Part shown: in pieces, positions 60,101 to 64,000 of the stretch
Layout: the number at the start of each line of letters is the position of its first letter
Position numbering within the stretch: the first letter of the stretch is position 1
Assembly (NCBI RefSeq): GCF_964204645.1
Contig: NC_134033.1
Coordinates: 5,356,231-5,420,230, forward strand
Source of the DNA: Tubulanus polymorphus
Taxonomy: Eukaryota; Animalia; Nemertea
Length of the DNA: 64,000 nt
Reading direction: 5' to 3'
Translations under genes and position numbers: made by a program
The notes under the pieces: model-generated
Databases searched by the model: none
Seen by the model: only the letters and a program-made list of their open reading frames with translations
What the model was told of the DNA's origin: nothing

Positions 60101-63100
60101 AACAGTATGAAAGTACGTAAGCCCTAACTATTTGAGGCAATTCACAGAGAGCCATCGACCAAGACGCCGAAAAAAGCTACGAAGTAAATAAATAATCGGA
60201 TGTCTGGACATTTATCTAGACATTACAGTGGCCCCTTTTTGACTTTTCGCCAACTATTCCCTGACATGCACACATTGTTTTCCCTGACTTGAACTGCTGA
60301 GAATCCGATCAATTAACACAGTCGAATACTTAAGACATAGACGGAAACTGTTTGACAAGTAAAGTTCCCACGGCATCCCTCCGATTTCTAGTTGTTTTTT
60401 TTCTTTATTGAAGAAAAGAAAATAGGGGATCAAGAAATTTTTGTTCGCACTACTTACTAACGGTTACGGATACAGGGTCCCCATGGATCAGTCATTCCCA
60501 GATATAAGCAGTTTTCAAGGGGTTTTAAAGTTGAAAATTTCGCGTTTCGAAGAAGCATCCACATCACTTTCGTATCCCAAATTACTGTAGACTCCTCCTA
60601 AATTCGTACCGTTTATCTCGGTTAACCGGTAATTCGGTGGTTTTATACGAGCAAATTTGTATCCTGACACTAACTAAATTCGGTTGCTAATTCGGTAACC
60701 ACCTAATTGGGTATTAACAAAAACATTGCCGTTTAGAAACCGTACCGATTTATTCGTAGTCAATACAACTTCAAAAGGCGCCTAATCTCGAAATTTCTGA
60801 CATTTCGCTCGAACTTAAGTAGTACCGAGCATCTTCAAAAGGATTTACCGCTTCGAAGGAGGTTTCGACGTTTAAATAAGTTGTAGGGAACCTGTAAGAC
60901 GAAAAAAGGAATAAAAACGAATCGTACGAACCTCGCCGGTGACGGTCTGCAGTATTTCGACGATTCGCGCGCCGATCTCCATTTTGCAGACGGCGTCCTG
61001 AATTTGCTGCAGCATTTGCGTCAGGTCCTTCACCAGGCGCGCGTGCGCTTTACTGCGCGACTTCACGATCGCCGGCGACAAAAGAACATTCACCGGTCGC
61101 GTCATGTTCTCAAGCAGCCTGAAAATTAAGACGACGGATGAAAATTAAGACGACGGGGAAAACTAATTACGTGTCAATAGGTTGTCCCTCGATAACGGCC
61201 CCTTAACTGATCGGTCATTCCCAATTTTCAAGGAGAAAATTTCACATTTCTCGGAAGCGTCGACATCGTCTACATTTCCTAATTACAGTAGGCTCCTCCT
61301 AAATCGGTTATACCGCTTGTCTCGCCAAACCGTTTTACTGCATTCGCGCATCTTTCGAATAGAGATGACCCGGGCCGCAATATCACCGCGTAATTCGACG
61401 GTTTCGTAACCGAATCCGTCATCCTTTGATTCGATTGATTTGGCATAAATAATTCGTACAGAGATTATTAACAGAACGGTAATCACGTCCCATGTAGTCA
61501 TCGGTGTAGCAATAGTTTACGCGAGGAATCGAAGAAAAGCCAAAAAGGGTTAATACCAGTCTAAAAACCCCCACACTACACACACTCCAGTCTTGCTTTC
61601 CTAAGCACACATGTGCGCATACATTACTGAAGACGTTCAAAAGTGTAAATACAAATTAGACACGTTTATATTTAGATTGGTAAAGCCTAGCCTACATTGA
61701 CACTGCGATTGGAGACAACTAGTTGCCGGGCAGTTTTCGGCGCATAAGAGTAACTGGCTGGGTGCAATCAGTTGCGCGAACGTGTTGATGTGAGCTAGCT
61801 TACGACTGGTTAGCGTCTATCTCCAGTTCCAGCCAGTTGCCCATGTTCTACTTTTGAGCAACTAGTTGTACTCAGTTACTGTCATATCCATCGATGTGAG
61901 TGCTCCATAATCAACAACACGTGGTTGCAACTGACCAAAAAAACCAATTTGTCAGGTGACTTGAGATGCCCTCAAGAATATTTGCTCGATAACACATCTC
62001 AGTTGCTGTCGATGTGTGCGCTATGGACCTAGCGACCGACATGAGCCACGCAGTTGCTGGTTTTCATTAGATTTTCAATGTGTGCGCTTACTCGCTCACT
62101 AGCAACTAGTTGTCTCCAGTCGTTTAATGAAAAGATCATCGATTCAGTGCGTGTTGCGCCAATTTGGTTTAGAATGCCAATAAATGAAGAATTCGACAAT
62201 TACCAAACACAGTTTACGATTCGGTAAATACCTAACTGGGGCAAAAAAAATCCAGATCCCGACTATATCGATTTAGGGGTAGTTTACTGTACAACTACAA
62301 ACATTCCGAATAATCTGTTCCTCAAAATTGAAGTTTTAAAGAAGTTTTGGGCATTTTGTTCAAATCAAAGGAGTTTCGAACACCTTCATGAGCGTTTTTC
62401 CGTTTTGAAGGAGTTTTCAGGGAATCAAGGAGTCGTAGGGCTCCCGTAAAAACGAAATTATAGCATCACAGTACATAGGCCCTACTTTTCTTTAAATCAA
62501 ATGGTATTTCTACAAGTTATCATGATTATCGTCATCGTAACCTTTTTATGTAAGACTCTATCGTTTATAATAATAGTATAGCTAGCGCTGGTGGAATAGG
62601 ATCGGTATCTGCACTTACTTGATAGAGGCTTGCAGCATAGCTGGATCATCTTTCACAGACAGAATCAAAGGTAGAATTTGCTGCAATAATAAAATGTCGA
62701 TGACAAGTTTTATTTGAGTCTGGATTCAATTCCACTGTTGTGTGGGTTTAATTTGACTCTGGATCCAGTTCGGCAGTTGTGCAGTTTAGTTTGACTTTGG
62801 ACTCAGTTCTGCAGTTGTTATGTGGGTTTAATTTGAGTCTGGATTCAATTCCACAGCTGTTGTGTGGGTTTAATTTGACTTGCATTTAACGTGTATCTTG
62901 TATGAACACGTATTTAGATTTGGCAAACAAAAAATCTACCAGACGCTTCAAAATACGACAGAAATGATGGCGTCGTTATCTTAATAACAATCGCGGCCGT
63001 TGACTTACCAGCTGAACGACCTTACTGAGCCCGAGTTGAACGCGAGCCGATCGCGTGGTAACGTCCTCGTCTTGTAGCAGCTTTAGCAACGTTTCCAACA

Positions 63101-63103
63101 ATT
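31597..63103 (-). CDS. tim: Timeless (Drosophila-type TIM/tim1 circadian clock protein), 5'-partial, about 20 exons
   Basis: GT-AG exons: 63103-63009, 62680-62619, 61118-60932, 55441-55311, 54659-54545, 54336-53927, (51095-51052 tentative), 50186-50117, 49312-49182, 48260-48144, 48017-47911, 47011-46792, 46051-45853, 45291-45212, 44586-44442, 43873-43811, 43268-43115, 42611-42552, 33704-33507, 32919-32790, 31705-31597. Phases agree except between 53927 and 51095, where an exon is probably missed. Peptides match TIM blocks: AQLLNVIYKHQ, FTVQFLKHGF, SYFLWTLMFFSKFA, FSYLTY, YGKLL..F..N..FLNDCLLTMMHHVAGD, DLIDY, WLQNTLLE, FPRIP, LKF. Confidence 0.92.
31790..32350. repeat. Degenerate ~75-bp array with ATTGG and CCAAT motifs
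   Basis: Repeated gcaatctgattggcc...gtcaattgaccaat. Confidence 0.7.
32990..33456. repeat. ~75-bp minisatellite (dimeric higher order) containing B-box-like GGATTCGAACC
   Basis: Repeated cctagtagacacaccctc..ggcagggattc(g/a)aacctgatgaca. Confidence 0.85.
33877..33984 (-). mobile_element. HINE-like element, 3'-terminal part (split copy)
   Basis: gggtccagggacaccatgccc...cccctggtg...aatgacct matches 26728-26836. Confidence 0.75.
34501..35240. mobile_element. Non-autonomous DNA transposon (hAT-like termini) inside the CR1 LINE
   Basis: Termini CAGGGATGAGAA / TTCTCATCTCTG, flanked by a GTATATG duplication; removing it restores the LINE frame (HKSHILNSSFLRKAPSLW). Confidence 0.85.
36403..36660 (-). 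other. AT-rich ORF fragment resembling small Polinton/Maverick-associated proteins
   Basis: FKKLTEL...YLIT...TNRYG..LVIHL...YLP pattern, recognised from memory only; composition differs sharply from host exons. Confidence 0.35.
36923..37071. mobile_element. ~150-bp palindromic MITE
   Basis: TIR AGTAATTGTATAAGTGTTGTTTCAGATC / GATCTGAAACAACACTTATACAATTACT. Confidence 0.8.
37140..38150 (-). mobile_element. Older degenerate CR1-group LINE fragment (second subfamily)
   Basis: Remnants PITEPEV, ENYRPISLLSSISKICEK, FLDLSKAF, FIGLTIHKNFNWTPHI with stops and frameshifts. Confidence 0.75.
38591..39541 (-). CDS. Intronless class A (rhodopsin-like) GPCR, FMRFamide-receptor/GPR139-like or chemoreceptor-type; nested in a timeless intron
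   Basis: 316-aa uninterrupted ORF with 7 hydrophobic segments: FGAFGN (TM1), YLIVLSLSD (TM2), C...SSWLIVVISLER (TM3), LLP (TM5), F..CSLP (TM6), NFAVNFYIY (TM7). N-terminal N-glycosylation sequons; minus-strand AATAAA at 38558-38563. Confidence 0.93.
   Translation of the reverse strand: MNSTQMQIGRTYHSYFLIMALENKSGRHRIVSLVILPIVFLFGAFGNLATFLIMISRRFRSLPYANYLIVLSLSDSLYCIVLTLMPLLQFVLLHVNFGPIIIMNSLISCQIYEFAAVFAACNSSWLIVVISLERMAVVLFPFTARLICTPRFARIAVLIITVVNALVIFLTPALSIHFSDPWFGCYYKLIDQLRLFTVIVIHANLLPLALIIISNSVIIIQLFRGSKIVSSDQKTSKSKRTTIMLVTVSVAFAMCSLPSTTTTFLPISEERREHIFDICVQIEMCNFAVNFYIYLLLGQEIREYFCTKIRCRNSVK
39869..40270. mobile_element. One end of a Tc1/pogo-like DNA transposon
   Basis: TA-TAGTCAACCTTGGTTAATCCG terminus followed by repeated ccgta submotifs; no partner TIR seen. 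Confidence 0.45.
42155..42523 (-). mobile_element. HINE-like element, remaining 5' part (split copy)
   Basis: Continues the internal units and ends in gatagcccgctgggactt...gcgggcgaaa, like 27730-27767. Confidence 0.75.
43330..43700. repeat. ~77-bp tandem array related to the 3' end of MITE family A
   Basis: Repeated gtggcaagtgaggatccaccaggtgtcgctagtgtgcagtagaacatcaactactgc; inverted relative at 48880-49150. Confidence 0.85.
44205..44392 (-). mobile_element. Same SINE family, opposite orientation
   Basis: Reverse complement contains GGTTCGAACC and CCTCTCTTCACCCAGGAGTAAATGGGTACC. Confidence 0.7.
44654..44940. mobile_element. piggyBac-type MITE
   Basis: TTAA on both sides; TIR CCCTTTCAGTGC / GCACTGAAAGGG. 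Partial relatives at about 18860-19050, 30680-30860 and 54385-54514. Confidence 0.85.
45612..45812. repeat. ~54-bp tandem repeat
   Basis: Four copies of cgctaccgagttccctgattgtcaactc.gtgaaatatttacagcagtctcaa. Confidence 0.9.
47452..47885. repeat. 33-bp intronic minisatellite (about 13 units)
   Basis: (ggggtgtagggtacagatattagattttctgaa)n; translates on the minus strand as (PSENLISVPYT)n. Confidence 0.92.
49685..49992 (+). mobile_element. tRNA-derived SINE with conserved central core and L2-like tail
   Basis: A/B-box-like head (GGTTTGAACC), core CCTCTCTCCGCCCAGGAGTGAGTGGGTAC (Nin/Deu-type), tail AAAGCGCCTTTGA...GGGTGCTATAGAAA. Confidence 0.7.
54788..55000. mobile_element. Two adjacent ~100-bp palindromic MITEs (GGATCCAGTTCCACAGTT termini)
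   Basis: CCAGTTCCACAGTT...AACTGTGGAACTGG; another copy at about 44989-45095. Confidence 0.7.
55660..55950. repeat. Polypurine (A/G-rich) low-complexity tract
   Basis: aagaagggacagagagaggg-like units. Confidence 0.9.
56745..57200 (+). mobile_element. 3' fragment of an L2-like LINE with (ATT)n tail, inserted in a family-B repeat
   Basis: QRVQNIAARLI...YDRISPNLKRLH...RIDFKIL remnant; family-B sequence resumes after the microsatellite. Confidence 0.7.
59638..59960. repeat. ~40-bp tandem array built from a MITE terminus
   Basis: Repeated ggatccagttccacagttgtgtgggtttaatttgactct; second array at about 62718-62880. Confidence 0.85.
61286..62289. mobile_element. Tc1/mariner-type non-autonomous element with a nested palindromic element (about 61681-62130)
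   Basis: TA-flanked TIRs CAGTAGGCTCCTCCTAAATCG / CGATTTAGGGGTAGTTTACTG; internal inverted GGAGACAACTAGTTGC pair. A related short copy lies at about 60584-60870. Confidence 0.7.
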
Positions 63104-63654
63104 CTGCGAAATAAGAAGTAAATGACAGCTCATCGAAAAGAAGAACAACATCAGTAAATGGGATGAGGACAACGCTAATGTGGCAAGCGAGTCAACCTCT
63201 TTCATTAGTAAATGAAACTTCAGTTCAATCCTGTGAACGAGAGGAACCGGCAATCGCAGGGACGAACTTAGGGAGTGATCTCAACGGTCCAGATCAGCAT
63301 TCCTAATGAGGTTGCCCTCAGTGATCGAGACAAGGATCTTTAAAACATCCTCTCGGGAATTTTAAACTTGTAAGATCTACGCACGTACTTCTTTGAAAAT
63401 ATCTCAATACCAAGGGTGGGACCATGACACTACTGACTAAAACAAAGCGAAATGATGCTCAAAGATGCCCTCAAGAATATTTGCTAGATAACACATCTCA
63501 GTCGCTGTCGATATACGCGCTGTGGACCTAGAGACTGCTATGCAGTCGCTGGTCGCTGCATATTATCAGCTGCTATTTCGATGTACACTATAGCCTTCAT
63601 AGCCTATCTATTCAATCACTCAGATAATTTTTCGGAACTTTCAGCATTTTTAGA

Positions 63655-63855
63655 ACTTCCAGTTCTAACCAATGGACTTTCCGATACCCAGGAGGTCCCA
63701 CTGTATATAGAACTATCAGTTTTAACGAACAGATTTTCTGGTCTCCTGAAGTTCGCTGTAACGAGGTACCGTTGTATATAGAACTATCAGTTACAACAAA
63801 CAGATTTTCGGATGCCCTGAAGTTAGTTCTAATAAGGGTTCCGCTATCTATGAAC
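63655..63855. repeat. ~70-bp tandem copies of a Tc1/mariner-like terminus
   Basis: Repeated gaactatcagtt.taacgaacagatttt...gaggttccgctgta; matches the end of the element at about 29141-29329. Confidence 0.65.
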
Positions 63856-64000
63856 TCAGATGCCTCCAAATTCTACCATTTCAAATTTTGAGGAAGTGTC
63901 TATGTCGCTTACATATCCCAATTACTCCTCTTCATACTGTTAATTCAGTGACTACGACCTAGACTTGGTTTTAAATTAGATTTAAAAAACCTGCTCCTCA

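Overview
Intron-rich, repeat-dense animal genomic DNA. A marine invertebrate (probably spiralian) is likely, but the species cannot be determined from sequence alone. Hand-spliced genes: an organic solute transporter alpha-like gene (minus, 2013-5353) head-to-head with a 3-exon core-2/I-branching beta-1,6-GlcNAc transferase (7922-9988); three tRNA-Cys(GCA) loci; and a Drosophila-type timeless gene (minus, 31597 to beyond 63103, about 20 exons, 5' end outside the window). An inverted, decaying copy of the transferase 3' half plus its tRNA (about 17665-23106) is interrupted by a young RTE-X-like LINE. The most striking structure is a nested stack in one 8.8-kb timeless intron: a Helentron-like element split by a CR1-like LINE, which is itself split by a MITE and by a ~3.9-kb foreign block carrying an intact, intronless, same-strand class A GPCR. 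Also present: a possible orphan secreted-protein gene, transposons carrying CTCF-like motifs, hammerhead-like Penelope remnants, and tandem arrays derived from transposon ends. All family assignments come from motif recognition, not database searches. Repeat boundaries are approximate unless a target-site duplication (TSD) or terminal inverted repeat (TIR) is quoted.
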